Below, piece after piece: positions 17,054-27,303 of a DNA stretch of 64,000 nt. The position numbers were made by a program, and so were the translations under genes. The stretch comes from a virus, in the IMG/VR virus record IMGVR_UViG_3300045999_006495, positions 13,848 through 77,847 of that record. One strand, written 5' to 3'. The notes beneath the pieces are model-generated. The model saw nothing but the letters and a program-made list of their open reading frames with translations. It had not been told where the DNA came from and did not search any database. How positions within the stretch are numbered: the stretch's first letter is position 1; each line of letters starts with the position of its first letter.

Positions 17054-17662
17054 CTAAATCTCCTTAAGTAAGTCCCTATAATACTCTAGACTCATATGAT
17101 AGTATACCACTTCATTTACTTCAAGTAAAGAGTAGTAAGGTGGTTTGTTAGATAGCTGTGACTTTGGTAGACTAACCACAACTGTTTTTGCACTTGTGTT
17201 GTGCTTGTGTGTTGTTGGTTCTGTATCATTTACTTGCTCTGGGTAGATGCTAAGTTTGTTTAAATCATTCTTAGCTACTAAAATAAAGTCTCCTGATACA
17301 TCATGATAGTGGTATACAAGCACTGGAAATAAGGCGCGCATTGCTTTAGCATCCTTAATCATCTTGTCAAACCATAGCTTATATAACTTCATAGTTGGTA
17401 CATTATCTCTGCGTACCTCACTAAGCTTACATTCAATCATGTACTTACCGGGTCTATTTGTGAAGTCAATTAGAATATCACCTTTAGCTGATCCTGCACC
17501 AGATTGAGGTGTTTGGGTTCCGTCTAGGTAACGGGCTACTCGCTTTTCCATAGCTTTCGCCCGTTGACGGTTGAGTCTGTTAATCTCTTTTCTGCGGTTG
17601 TCCACTTGTTTGAAATTACCTTTACTAGTAATTGGTCTAGGCTCTCTTACTCTATTCTTCAT
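17054..17662 (-). CDS. Holliday-junction resolvase-like PD-(D/E)XK nuclease
   Basis: EKRVA, SGAG..KGD, IECK. Confidence 0.7.
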   Translation of the reverse strand: MKNRVREPRPITSKGNFKQVDNRRKEINRLNRQRAKAMEKRVARYLDGTQTPQSGAGSAKGDILIDFTNRPGKYMIECKLSEVRRDNVPTMKLYKLWFDKMIKDAKAMRALFPVLVYHYHDVSGDFILVAKNDLNKLSIYPEQVNDTEPTTHKHNTSAKTVVVSLPKSQLSNKPPYYSLLEVNEVVYYHMSLEYYRDLLKEI

Positions 17663-18846
17663 GCAATAAACTTCTGGTATGCACCATTGAATACTACTGG
17701 TGAAGTTCCTAAACGACCATTACGATTCTTATGGAACTTAAGATTAATTGCACGCAGACCATCATTAGCAAATTCATCAATAGGTGAAAGTTCTAATACA
17801 GTATCAGCAATTTGAGAAATCTCACCAGAGTCTCGAATAGCATCCATACCCTCTCCTCCCTTATTCATTTGCGAAAGTAACACAACAGCTACACCATTTT
17901 CCTTAGCTGATTCCTTGAGAGCTTGTGCTACCTCACCCAAGTCATAATTACGAAGTCCTGTGTTGAAGTGATTAACAATCTGGACATAGTCCAAGAAAAC
18001 CACCTTACCACCCTTACCAGCAAAGTCCTTAATCTCTTTCTGGATTTGGTCCAGACGAATGCTTGGTGTATCAATAACAAAAATAGGAAGTTGTTGAAGC
18101 TTCATAACAGCCTCTTCTACCTGCTTTCGTTGATTAGTAGTGATTCTGCCTACCAGTAAGTGCGAGGAATCAATCTCTAGCATATAAGATACCCAGCGCA
18201 TAACCAACTGTTCCTTAGCCATTTCCAGACTGAAAAGGAGAGATGGAATGTTATACTGAGAAGCCATTTCAAACATTGACTGGCCTACTAACGCAGTCTT
18301 ACCAGTACCGGGCTTTGCCATAATAACTGTCAAGGTCTTAGGCATCCACTCACCACCCAACATCATATCAAGAAACTTAAGGCCGGTGTGTGTAAACTTA
18401 TACTGACCCGCTGTTTTTTGAAACAGGTCACCCAACATCTTCTGTGCACCGGGGATAATAGTGCTATCTGCCGCTGGAGCAATAGGCTCAAAGTCAAGCA
18501 CATTTGCAATAGTAGTCTCGTCTGGATTAAACCGCTTACTCTGCTCTTCCAACTCTTTGGAGGCCAAGTACAACTGCCGTCGACGGGCAATCAAGACTAA
18601 CTCATCCACAAGGGCACGCTGATTAGCTACTACACCACTAGTAACCTGAGGTGGTACATTACCGTCCATGGCAATACGAAGCCCCTCATAACTAAGCTCA
18701 CCATATTTAATGTATGTGTTCTTCATAGCATCAAAAACATCCTGACGCTCTTCAGTAAAGATTTGCTTGGTAATTGAGTGCATAATATCAGGGTTGTCCA
18801 TCAGTGTTGAAAGTAATCGCCATTCTGCTGTTGTGTCAGTATACAT
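17659..18846 (-). CDS. dnaB: DnaB-like replicative helicase (start re-called at MYTDT)
   Basis: AKPGTGKT, FSLEM, DYVQ, LSQMN, DSGEISQIAD, KNRNG; SD AGGAG. Confidence 0.92.
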   Translation of the reverse strand: MYTDTTAEWRLLSTLMDNPDIMHSITKQIFTEERQDVFDAMKNTYIKYGELSYEGLRIAMDGNVPPQVTSGVVANQRALVDELVLIARRRQLYLASKELEEQSKRFNPDETTIANVLDFEPIAPAADSTIIPGAQKMLGDLFQKTAGQYKFTHTGLKFLDMMLGGEWMPKTLTVIMAKPGTGKTALVGQSMFEMASQYNIPSLLFSLEMAKEQLVMRWVSYMLEIDSSHLLVGRITTNQRKQVEEAVMKLQQLPIFVIDTPSIRLDQIQKEIKDFAGKGGKVVFLDYVQIVNHFNTGLRNYDLGEVAQALKESAKENGVAVVLLSQMNKGGEGMDAIRDSGEISQIADTVLELSPIDEFANDGLRAINLKFHKNRNGRLGTSPVVFNGAYQKFIA

Positions 18847-19717
18847 TAGTTCTCCTCTGTAATTTTGCCCACTCGTGGTATGGTAAGGCATTGTTAATTA
18901 TTGTGCGGTATTCTTCCTCACCCTTTAGAATAATGAACGTATCTATGTCCATCTTCTCACCACCTAGTAGAGGAAGTAAAGCTACATAGGGATTATAAAG
19001 CCTACTAGCTAGTTTGTCAATAGCTCTAAATACAGTCTCACGACTGTGTTTAATCTTACTGGAATCAAAGACAATAATCTGCTTGTTCTGAGTGCTTGAG
19101 GTCATAGCTCTCCAAGAAGATATTCCCGGAAGCCCTACAGCTGGTACACCAGCCTTACTAGATAAGGCAGACTTAATTTCACCCTCAGTAACCACATGGT
19201 CTACTTTAAGGTCTTTGTAGTTATAGGGAAATACAGCCCCTCTGAGCTCTGCTGAACCTAAGGGTGATTTATATCTTGTCTCCTCATTTGGGTCTAGACT
19301 TCTTGCTCTGATGTCAGTAACAGAACGACCAACTAAATAAGGAAAAGAGATTCTATCTCCTAGAACACACTTCCCATTTACATAAAGGCCAGAGTCTCTA
19401 GCCAGCTCTTGATTAAAGTGTAGAGGAATATCTACCGGTATGTAGCCAATCTGAAGCTCTTCTATCATGTCATCTGTGAAGCCTCGCTTGTTTAAGTACT
19501 CTAGCGAGTGCTTGTTCAGTGAACTGTGATAGTAGCGTGAAGCTATGTTGTAGAAATTGCGGATAGATTCTATGTCTGCTTTTGGTTTATATGTATTGTC
19601 TGATGCATTATCAGCACGCTCATAATAACTACAATGAAAGCAATAACCAACACCATTACTAGGTGTAACATAGAAGTCATTGCCTCCGCATCTAGGACAG
19701 TCTGTTTTGTAATTCAT
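18836..19717 (-). CDS. DNA primase (Zn ribbon + TOPRIM)
   Basis: CPRC...CFHC, YLNKRG, RISFP, TEGEIK, FD, DID. Confidence 0.88.
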   Translation of the reverse strand: MNYKTDCPRCGGNDFYVTPSNGVGYCFHCSYYERADNASDNTYKPKADIESIRNFYNIASRYYHSSLNKHSLEYLNKRGFTDDMIEELQIGYIPVDIPLHFNQELARDSGLYVNGKCVLGDRISFPYLVGRSVTDIRARSLDPNEETRYKSPLGSAELRGAVFPYNYKDLKVDHVVTEGEIKSALSSKAGVPAVGLPGISSWRAMTSSTQNKQIIVFDSSKIKHSRETVFRAIDKLASRLYNPYVALLPLLGGEKMDIDTFIILKGEEEYRTIINNALPYHEWAKLQRRTNVY

Positions 19718-19740
19718 CTTTCACCTCAAATAAAATGATT

Positions 19741-19762
19741 GGGGCGTGATTTCTCACGCCCC
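19741..19762 (-). terminator. GC-rich hairpin after the SSB gene
   Basis: ggggcgtga/tcacgcccc 9-bp stem followed by a U-rich run on the minus strand. Confidence 0.6.
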
Positions 19763-19778
19763 ACAAGACAAACACGGT

Positions 19779-20687
19779 CTAGAAAATCTCATCAGTAATC
19801 AGCTGAGGTACATACTGATACTTGTACTGCTTCATAATCTCACCATAGTCTACACCATCCAGAAGTGACCGGATAGCCTCAACATCCCAAGGGCGAGTGA
19901 ATGACTTGAGGTCATACAAAGGAAGTGACAAAACTGACTGTGGAAGAGGCTCACGGTTGATGCCAGCACTCACAGTACGCTTTGTAGCAAGTCCAGTACC
20001 GCTGGTCTTGAGTTCAACATCCACCTCAGTGATAGGCATAAGAACCAACTCAGTGATTGGCATACCCTTGCTATCAATAGCCGGAATTGAAGTCAGCTTA
20101 CCATTCTCGTCCTTTTCATACATAGGTACTTCTTTCCACACAGTCTTTGACAAGTCATCAATGTCATTAAGCAGACCACCTCGGCGGTCAGCACGAGCAC
20201 TTACACTGCCCTCAAGAACCATGATGCTGTTATTTGGCTCTGGTCGAACATCTGTAATCTTCTTAAGACCCGCACTATCTTTCTTCCAATACTCATTGAG
20301 GTGATTAGCATAAACAATTTCACCATCTTGGAGCTTGATTACCCGTGAGCGGTCAAACACATTCAAGAAAAAACGCAACTTGACCTTGCGGCTAAGTGCA
20401 TCACGCTCACCCAACTTCATAACAGAGTCATACTCTGCCAAGAGTGGACGTACAGCATCATTCACAAAGACACGACGCTCAGTGCGAACACCGTCCTTAA
20501 TCACAGGAATCCAAACACTCCAGACAATCTCACCTTGCATAGGCTCTGATGGGTTATTTGGGTCAGGAATACAACGAAATGTACGACTGCCCTCCTTGAT
20601 GTCCAGAAAAACATTAGGCATACGCTGGCCATTACTGCCCTCACTCACAACAGACTTTGCATTGTTCAACATGTTACCGAAACCCAT
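19779..20687 (-). CDS. Probable single-stranded DNA-binding protein (gp32-like)
   Basis: Position before primase/helicase, FRCIP and RFFLNVFD patterns, acidic-aromatic C-terminus DEIF. Confidence 0.6.
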   Translation of the reverse strand: MGFGNMLNNAKSVVSEGSNGQRMPNVFLDIKEGSRTFRCIPDPNNPSEPMQGEIVWSVWIPVIKDGVRTERRVFVNDAVRPLLAEYDSVMKLGERDALSRKVKLRFFLNVFDRSRVIKLQDGEIVYANHLNEYWKKDSAGLKKITDVRPEPNNSIMVLEGSVSARADRRGGLLNDIDDLSKTVWKEVPMYEKDENGKLTSIPAIDSKGMPITELVLMPITEVDVELKTSGTGLATKRTVSAGINREPLPQSVLSLPLYDLKSFTRPWDVEAIRSLLDGVDYGEIMKQYKYQYVPQLITDEIF

Positions 20688-20705
20688 ACGCTTAATACTA
20701 CTCCT

Positions 20706-20870
20706 CTACTTACTTTGATTTGATTTATTGGTATTGGATAGCTCTCTGGCAAGATTGTTCATCTCATCAAGAACATATTTCCTCACAACACTATTAAGTA
20801 TACCAAGTTGCTCGAGCTTTGTCAAGAGCCGTCTCGCATACTTACTTGCAAGCTCTAAATTCTTTTCCAT
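20706..20870 (-). CDS. Small 54-aa protein (MEKNLELASKYARRLL...) not in the ORF track
   Basis: Open frame filling the gap, AAGGA upstream; contains an embedded promoter. Confidence 0.55.
   Translation of the reverse strand: MEKNLELASKYARRLLTKLEQLGILNSVVRKYVLDEMNNLARELSNTNKSNQSK
20797..20825 (-). promoter_or_regulatory. Sigma70-type promoter for the replication operon
   Basis: TTGACA-17 bp-TATACT, TG-extended. Confidence 0.75.
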
Positions 20871-20874
20871 TTAA

Positions 20875-22074
20875 TTAATCCTTAAGTGATTTCATTACAG
20901 CTTTAAAGTGGTCTGCAATGACAGCCCAATCAAACTTAGCCCGTCTAATATGCTTCTCTGCTTTATCGCCAATTTCTTTTCTAAGCTCATAATTAGTATA
21001 CAAAGTATACAGAGCTTCAATAGCTTTGTCTACATCAATAATGTGGTGAATAGTATTCAGGCCCCGGTCAGTGAGACTTGGAAATGGATAACAGTCTACC
21101 ATAAGTGCATTACCACCCGGCCACTCATTGAGGGCTGAGTGAGCTGGAAGCACACAAGGTACTCCTACCGACATGGCCTCTGCAATTGGAAGCCCCCAAC
21201 CCTCTGCGGCTGTGGTAGTGAAGAATACATCTGCACAATTATACACCATATTCATTTGCTCGTCAGTAAGTCCAGTTGATGGGGTAAGGTCTGGGCGGCT
21301 AATTGCCAGACGGTCATCAATACCCAGATACCTACACCATTGAATAATATCAATGCCATAGTCTCGAAGTGCACCGTGGTAGTACACACGAACATTCTTG
21401 GGGAGGTTGTATCTTTTTACAAACTCCGCAAAAACATAGAAGAACAAGTCAAGTCTTTTTCTTGGCTGGTTTCTAGACACATTAAGAACAACAAAGTCAT
21501 CCTCTTTCATCTTCATAGCCTTTTTAACTTTAACTTTGTCCATACGTTTAAATGTATTAAACTCTACACCATGAGGAATAGAGAAGACTTTATTCAGGTT
21601 TGCGCCTGACTCAATCAGTTGTTGCTCACCATACTCAGTGTAAGTGATAATTGCGTCAAATACAGCATCTACTGGCTTAACAAAATCCTCTTTGATATTC
21701 TCAGCGTCGATAGGTGTGTAAAGAATAAACTTAGTCTTAGCATCCGGCATTTCTTTCTTGTACGCCTCAATTCGTTGAGCATACTCAGCCGCAATCCATA
21801 CATCATTAAGAATAAAACAAACCTCTGGCTGAAGCTGTACTAGCAAGCGGTACATCTTCTCGAAGCCGTAAATTTCATTGTCCCCTGAACTTGCAGGGTA
21901 AACCTTTAAACCCTCACAAAGGGGATCATAGTCACCAAAGTAGTTTACCCCAATTACGTAAATTTCATAATCTTTCTTGAAATGTTTAATAAGATTCTTA
22001 GAAACTATTCCAAACCCAGTGGGGACTGGGAAGTCCCCCACGTACAACATCTTTGGTTTTTCACCCTTACCCAT
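20875..22074 (-). CDS. GT4-family (GT-B) glycosyltransferase
   Basis: PTGFG, IPHGV, RNQPRKR, EGWGLPIAEAMSVGVP. Confidence 0.9.
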   Translation of the reverse strand: MGKGEKPKMLYVGDFPVPTGFGIVSKNLIKHFKKDYEIYVIGVNYFGDYDPLCEGLKVYPASSGDNEIYGFEKMYRLLVQLQPEVCFILNDVWIAAEYAQRIEAYKKEMPDAKTKFILYTPIDAENIKEDFVKPVDAVFDAIITYTEYGEQQLIESGANLNKVFSIPHGVEFNTFKRMDKVKVKKAMKMKEDDFVVLNVSRNQPRKRLDLFFYVFAEFVKRYNLPKNVRVYYHGALRDYGIDIIQWCRYLGIDDRLAISRPDLTPSTGLTDEQMNMVYNCADVFFTTTAAEGWGLPIAEAMSVGVPCVLPAHSALNEWPGGNALMVDCYPFPSLTDRGLNTIHHIIDVDKAIEALYTLYTNYELRKEIGDKAEKHIRRAKFDWAVIADHFKAVMKSLKD

Positions 22075-22085
22075 ACATTCTCCTT

Positions 22086-22676
22086 TTAGTAGACCTTAGT
22101 CCCCGTAATAATATTAACAGGCTGTCGACTCATTGTTGGTTGTGCTATTCTAGTAGCAAACACAGTGTTCAGCTCTGTTTGTAAAGTTTCTAGTACTGCT
22201 CTCATTGTATTAGCAGCAGTTGTATTTGTGAATCTAATGTCCTCAGTTGACCATGAAACAAAAGCCGATGAGCTATTGGTTAGCTTAGCCAAGTGAACAA
22301 TATATGCTGTTGCCAAGACAATAGCATCTTCATCGTTCTGCTCAATTACAGGTGGTTGTTCCTGACCAAAAACAACAAAAGGATTTCTAAATACATCATT
22401 ATTTGATAGACCAATAGGAATGTCTGCAATACCATCAATAGTAGATGCTTGAGCATAACCACTAGGTGACGAGCTATTGTCCCCTGTGTAAGTGCCCGAA
22501 GTAACAACTTGGTACTTACTGCGCCACCTCTTTTGTAGGTATTTAATACCAGAGATAAGCGCAGTTCTTATCAGGGTATCTGAGTAGATAGTACCGTCAA
22601 AGTCACCAAGTCTAAGCCTTACTTGGTCTATCATATAGTCAATGTTTGTTGGTGATGTAATCAATTCACCCTCCAT
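22086..22676 (-). CDS. Probable head-tail adaptor/neck protein (start uncertain, 22634-22676)
   Basis: IDQVRLRLGD...YSD N-terminal motif typical of adaptor proteins. Confidence 0.55.
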   Translation of the reverse strand: MEGELITSPTNIDYMIDQVRLRLGDFDGTIYSDTLIRTALISGIKYLQKRWRSKYQVVTSGTYTGDNSSSPSGYAQASTIDGIADIPIGLSNNDVFRNPFVVFGQEQPPVIEQNDEDAIVLATAYIVHLAKLTNSSSAFVSWSTEDIRFTNTTAANTMRAVLETLQTELNTVFATRIAQPTMSRQPVNIITGTKVY

Positions 22677-22703
22677 TATAATAGTTTTACGGTCAGTTGT
22701 CAA
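22675..22703 (-). promoter_or_regulatory. Perfect sigma70 consensus promoter
   Basis: TTGACA (22703-22698)-17 bp-TATAAT (22680-22675). Confidence 0.8.
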
Positions 22704-22968
22704 GTGGAACTTCAGGCCATGGCGTGTTAATAAAATTATTATTGACCGCAATCTCGGGCAGGTCTCTAAGCTTCTGTCGATATTCGTACCATTCTACCTT
22801 GTTTGTGATGGGCGAATCGGGAAGAACTCTCCAGTCAGATTCAGCAAGAAGCCTATTTCGTTCCTGCCTGATAACACCTAGTGCCCACTCCTCGTGGGGC
22901 TCTATCCTAAAATCCTCATCAACTTCTATTCTAGTTATCCGTGGAAAAATTTGAATTATTTCTATCAT
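22693..22968 (-). CDS. Tail fibre assembly chaperone
   Basis: IRQERNRLLAESDW..LPDSP..W..YRQKLRDLP..WP motif; follows the fibre gene. Confidence 0.85.
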   Translation of the reverse strand: MIEIIQIFPRITRIEVDEDFRIEPHEEWALGVIRQERNRLLAESDWRVLPDSPITNKVEWYEYRQKLRDLPEIAVNNNFINTPWPEVPLDN

Positions 22969-22969
22969 G

Positions 22970-25408
22970 TTATCCTACCTTTACTGCGCTTAAGATTGCG
23001 CCGTTATTACCGGTTGAAATAGCCGCATTGGTACCGCCAGTGTTACTTAGCCAAAGTTCAAGTTCTCCGGGATTTAGGTAAAGTAATTTAGACGAGTATG
23101 CACGACCATCTGTTTGGGTTACTGAATTTAAAACTATGCCCGAGTTATATGCACCGCCTGTTACTACCTGCCAAGGTAAGCCAACAGTTGTGCTTACTAC
23201 ACCTGCCACAATCAAGTAAAGACCGGCGTCTACTATGTTTATTTGGTTATTAGTTAAATCATCTAAAACACCATTATTACCGGCTACTTGAAAAGTTATC
23301 TTAGCAGTAACACCAGCATTTACAGTCTGAGCAGTATTTTTAGTCATACTGCCGAAGTTAAACTGAGTAAAGTTAGCATCAACTCTGAAGTCGCCATACG
23401 CTCTAGTGTTTCCAGTAGCAGTGTCCACTGTGAATGTGAGTGCATTTGCACTGTTTCTGGTGCTTAGAGTGCTTTGGGAAGCAGCTACACGAGCATAGTT
23501 ATTAGTGTCCTGTACCTGCACACCCGTGTCTGCGACTACCGTGCCAGTTGTTTCTATGTTTCCAGTGTTTGTTATTCCTATAAATTCAGCCGCACCTGTT
23601 TTAGTGATGGATGCTACAATGGCCGTTTCTGCTGAGTTATAGACAAAGAAGTCACCACCAAGTAAATCAAGATTACCCGTACTTGTTGAGACATCTATAA
23701 TACGGTTTCCTGCACTACTATTAAGTGTAATACCAGTAGTGTTAGCTTTAAATATAAGTGAGTTATCAGTACTATCTCTAAAGAATATGCCGCCGGATGA
23801 CATTTCATACTGAGTATTTGAACCAGAGATACCGTAAACTGCACCAAGTGTACTTATATTACCACTAACTGTTAGGTCACCCTTTAGTGAGCTGTTGCCA
23901 TTACTGTCTATTACAAATAAATCAACCGCTGGTTGGATTGGTAAATAGTCGTCCTGAGGATTTACATATTTAAAATAGTTTTCATTCACTTCTAAGATTG
24001 GTGAAAACTCTTCAATAAAGGGAGATTCTTGAGATATATCTTTATAAACAGTCAAAGTATCTTTAATATTAACGTAGTCTGTTCTGACTCTCAATTCTCG
24101 ACTATCTATAGTAACTCTAGTACCGGGAGTTCCGCCCAAATAACTAAAACCATTTTCACCAGCAGTCATGTTGATTGAACTTGACATATTCTCAGCAACA
24201 TCGCTAGCCCTCAGCGTTAAATAAGATTGACCAGAGGCTACTGTAGAAATGGTTGTTTCAGCATAATCATTACGAAGTCCACTCGATGTTGGGGAGTAAC
24301 CTGTTTGTATTCTAGATGCGTAACCATTAAAGGTACTCGAGGTATTTCCTTGCTCACCTATCTGAGTTGCTGATATATCAAAGTAAGATTCCGGACCAGA
24401 GTAAGGTCCGAGTTGATAATTAAAATTAAAAATACTCGTCCCGGAGTAAACAGACGGGTAGTACCTTATTCTAGACCTAGGAACGTAATTAAAATAAAAA
24501 CCTCCACCACCTCCCGGTCTAGAAAATTCAGCACCAACAACAAAAGAATTGTCTATGGAAAGACCCTCTTTAGTTAGTAAAACTTCTCCGCTGATACTCT
24601 CCCCTGTCCATAAGTAACCAGCCTCGCCAACTGTGATGCCGCTATTAACAAAGAGTGTACCCATGTTTGAGGCTATAGCGTCTAACTGACCTACGCTAAT
24701 TTCATTGGCTGTAATGGTTCCGGGTGTAATTAAAACACCGCTGATTGTTCCCGCAAGAATTTTTTCACCAGTAATACTGCCCGGAGCCAAATCATCAGCA
24801 CTGATTACAATGCTGTCTGAAACCCTAATAGTAACAGCATCAATAACGTCCGCTTCTAAATCGTCTACTTGAATAAGTGTTCTGGGGAGAAACTGACTTA
24901 GTCTGTAAGATTCTCCGGATGCTACCGCTCTGTGATGCAGTTTTATGTAATTCGAAGTATTAATATCCGGTAGAACAAAAACTGATGTGTTGTCTGTAGG
25001 TGCTGTGAATGTAATGCAGTTTGTGATTGCATCTGCTTCGCCCGAGTAATACGTCAGTACTTTGTACGCACCGGATATAGTAGTTGGACCCGAATAAAAT
25101 GATGGACTACCGGAATAAAGAGAACCCAACTCAAAATAAAAGTTAAAGGATTCGCCTGAAAAAGACTTCATTGTAAAGTTTCTATATCTTCCATCTTTTT
25201 CTTTGGAGACCATTAGCCTTTTCCAGTCTGATCCGCTGTACGTAATATACTGTGTTAAGTCATCATTATACAGCTCGTTGGCTTCTTTGTTGTTTACAAA
25301 CTGACTGTAGAATACAGGCCAGTACCTTGGTTGTAAGTCAGATTCATTGTTGTACACAAACTCTAGTTGTGGTGAATCTTGTGGTATGTATGAATTTGAA
25401 TCTGTCAT
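22970..25408 (-). CDS. Tail fibre/receptor-binding protein
   Basis: S/T/G/N-rich beta repeats, ITGEKILAGTI..ITANEI..LDAIASNMG motif; precedes the fibre chaperone. Confidence 0.75.
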   Translation of the reverse strand: MTDSNSYIPQDSPQLEFVYNNESDLQPRYWPVFYSQFVNNKEANELYNDDLTQYITYSGSDWKRLMVSKEKDGRYRNFTMKSFSGESFNFYFELGSLYSGSPSFYSGPTTISGAYKVLTYYSGEADAITNCITFTAPTDNTSVFVLPDINTSNYIKLHHRAVASGESYRLSQFLPRTLIQVDDLEADVIDAVTIRVSDSIVISADDLAPGSITGEKILAGTISGVLITPGTITANEISVGQLDAIASNMGTLFVNSGITVGEAGYLWTGESISGEVLLTKEGLSIDNSFVVGAEFSRPGGGGGFYFNYVPRSRIRYYPSVYSGTSIFNFNYQLGPYSGPESYFDISATQIGEQGNTSSTFNGYASRIQTGYSPTSSGLRNDYAETTISTVASGQSYLTLRASDVAENMSSSINMTAGENGFSYLGGTPGTRVTIDSRELRVRTDYVNIKDTLTVYKDISQESPFIEEFSPILEVNENYFKYVNPQDDYLPIQPAVDLFVIDSNGNSSLKGDLTVSGNISTLGAVYGISGSNTQYEMSSGGIFFRDSTDNSLIFKANTTGITLNSSAGNRIIDVSTSTGNLDLLGGDFFVYNSAETAIVASITKTGAAEFIGITNTGNIETTGTVVADTGVQVQDTNNYARVAASQSTLSTRNSANALTFTVDTATGNTRAYGDFRVDANFTQFNFGSMTKNTAQTVNAGVTAKITFQVAGNNGVLDDLTNNQINIVDAGLYLIVAGVVSTTVGLPWQVVTGGAYNSGIVLNSVTQTDGRAYSSKLLYLNPGELELWLSNTGGTNAAISTGNNGAILSAVKVG

Positions 25409-27303
25409 CCTATAAACTCCATTGTGTAGATATAGCTCCCGTTAGTGTACTGACTGGCGTACTCTTTAGGTATTGACGGTACAAGTCTAATACGGTATCT
25501 AGTTCCTTTTACAAACTTAACACCCACATCTGCAAATATTACTGGTACAGAAGAACCTGTTAGTGTCCAACTTAGTAAAAGAGAGTTGTGAGTTGAAATC
25601 ATTCTAAGGTCGTAGCTTCTGCTTCTGGTATTATTTGGTGTAATATTTACCCAGTTTCCGTTTGTATTTATTTCAACAGATATGCTAAACCTGACAGTAA
25701 GTTGAAATCTTCCGTTGGCAGCTAAGTAATTACCAGCAACCAAACTACTAGCTCTTAAAAAAGAGTTACTTCTATTAAATCTGTCGTAATAGTAGCCGTT
25801 GAGTATTGGTGTACCAAAAGTAGTTTCTAGTTTTTGAATCAAATTAATCTTGTTGAAGTTGTACTCGTATCTGTTTTTAGAGACTCTACCGTTGGGTGCT
25901 ACTAAGTACAAGTCTAGAGATTGTACATTAGTAACATCTAGTTTAAAAGAGTTACCCAAGTTAGTTGCCTTAAATGGATCTTTTATAAAGTACCAATAAC
26001 TACTACCAGACTGTGTTTGATTTAAAGATGTTACTGGGAAAAATCTAGGAATGTACCTAGTAGCCGAACTTATAAGAACTTTATAAATAAGAAGTACACC
26101 GCCAATAGGGGCTAAGTTTTCCTTTCTATAAGTGTATTCTCTGAAACCATCAATTAAGTTTAATACATGCCGCCTCTCTGTTGTAAGTCCATCACTGTAC
26201 ACAGGTATACTTACATCATAGTCCACCTCAACAAGAAAGTTTGGCTTTATTTTATCTTTTGGAAATATAACACCAGCCAAAGTACGTACTGTACTTATTT
26301 CAACTCTGTACTTACTGTTGTATTGTAAAAGACTAGTTGTGTTTGTGAGTGCACTAGAAAAATCATTAAACTTATTGAATCTATTAGACAGCTCACTTAC
26401 ATTTATACGAGCACTTACTCTTTTATCTGGAAAGCTATTTAATCTTCTTCTATATACTTGGTTACTAGAATTGAGTACTGCTGTTGTTGATATGTCATAG
26501 ATAGTTATTTCTATCCAGTCTATAGATGTTTGTGTGAAGTTCAGAATAAATTGGTCGTTGCTAAAGCTCACTGTAAAATCTGAAACATCTGCATTTCTTA
26601 ATTGGTCAGGGCTTAGTGTGTATGAACAAGATACAGGTACTCTAAATAGGAATGGTGCCGATGTTGTGGTGTCGTCTGGCTCTAATTCTTGGTACATGGC
26701 CTGAGCATAAACTCTCATGTTGTACATAGAGTTCTCAAAAATGTCTTTTAGTTCGTCATTGGATTTAGTTCTGAACTCTTCTATTGTTATGTCTACACCA
26801 CTTGCTAGAAGTAACTGGTAAAAATTGTACTTATTAAAAAGCCTGACAATGTGAGAAGTAATGTCAAGATTACCTACCCCTCTGTTATTTGGGCCCACAT
26901 GAGTAACTATACCTGTCACAAATGACACGATGTTTGAGAACCTATCATTCATGTCGTTAAAGTCCTCATCGTCATATCTATCAAAAGTATCTGCCTCAAA
27001 GGATAGGAATATTCTAAGCTTGTAGATGTCTGCGTTAGGGTTTTCCATACGTATAACTAACTTGGGTACTCTAACTGCAAACTCAATTATACCCCTAGAC
27101 AAGTCACTTTCTTTATACAAATTAAGAGGGGTCTTTACCCAGTTAGTACTTGTTTGAAGAAATATTTTATTTCTAGGTTCAGTGCTTTGTCTGATTACAC
27201 CACCAGTATAAGGGTTATATCTAACAGGTTTAGCCCCCGGAGGAGGAGTTTTATTTACTGTTTTCTGGTCAATTACTCGCAGTGGGCTATTTTTGTTTGT
27301 CAT
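25405..27303 (-). CDS. Putative tail/baseplate protein
   Basis: 632-aa beta-rich ORF in the tail module. Confidence 0.55.
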   Translation of the reverse strand: MTNKNSPLRVIDQKTVNKTPPPGAKPVRYNPYTGGVIRQSTEPRNKIFLQTSTNWVKTPLNLYKESDLSRGIIEFAVRVPKLVIRMENPNADIYKLRIFLSFEADTFDRYDDEDFNDMNDRFSNIVSFVTGIVTHVGPNNRGVGNLDITSHIVRLFNKYNFYQLLLASGVDITIEEFRTKSNDELKDIFENSMYNMRVYAQAMYQELEPDDTTTSAPFLFRVPVSCSYTLSPDQLRNADVSDFTVSFSNDQFILNFTQTSIDWIEITIYDISTTAVLNSSNQVYRRRLNSFPDKRVSARINVSELSNRFNKFNDFSSALTNTTSLLQYNSKYRVEISTVRTLAGVIFPKDKIKPNFLVEVDYDVSIPVYSDGLTTERRHVLNLIDGFREYTYRKENLAPIGGVLLIYKVLISSATRYIPRFFPVTSLNQTQSGSSYWYFIKDPFKATNLGNSFKLDVTNVQSLDLYLVAPNGRVSKNRYEYNFNKINLIQKLETTFGTPILNGYYYDRFNRSNSFLRASSLVAGNYLAANGRFQLTVRFSISVEINTNGNWVNITPNNTRSRSYDLRMISTHNSLLLSWTLTGSSVPVIFADVGVKFVKGTRYRIRLVPSIPKEYASQYTNGSYIYTMEFIG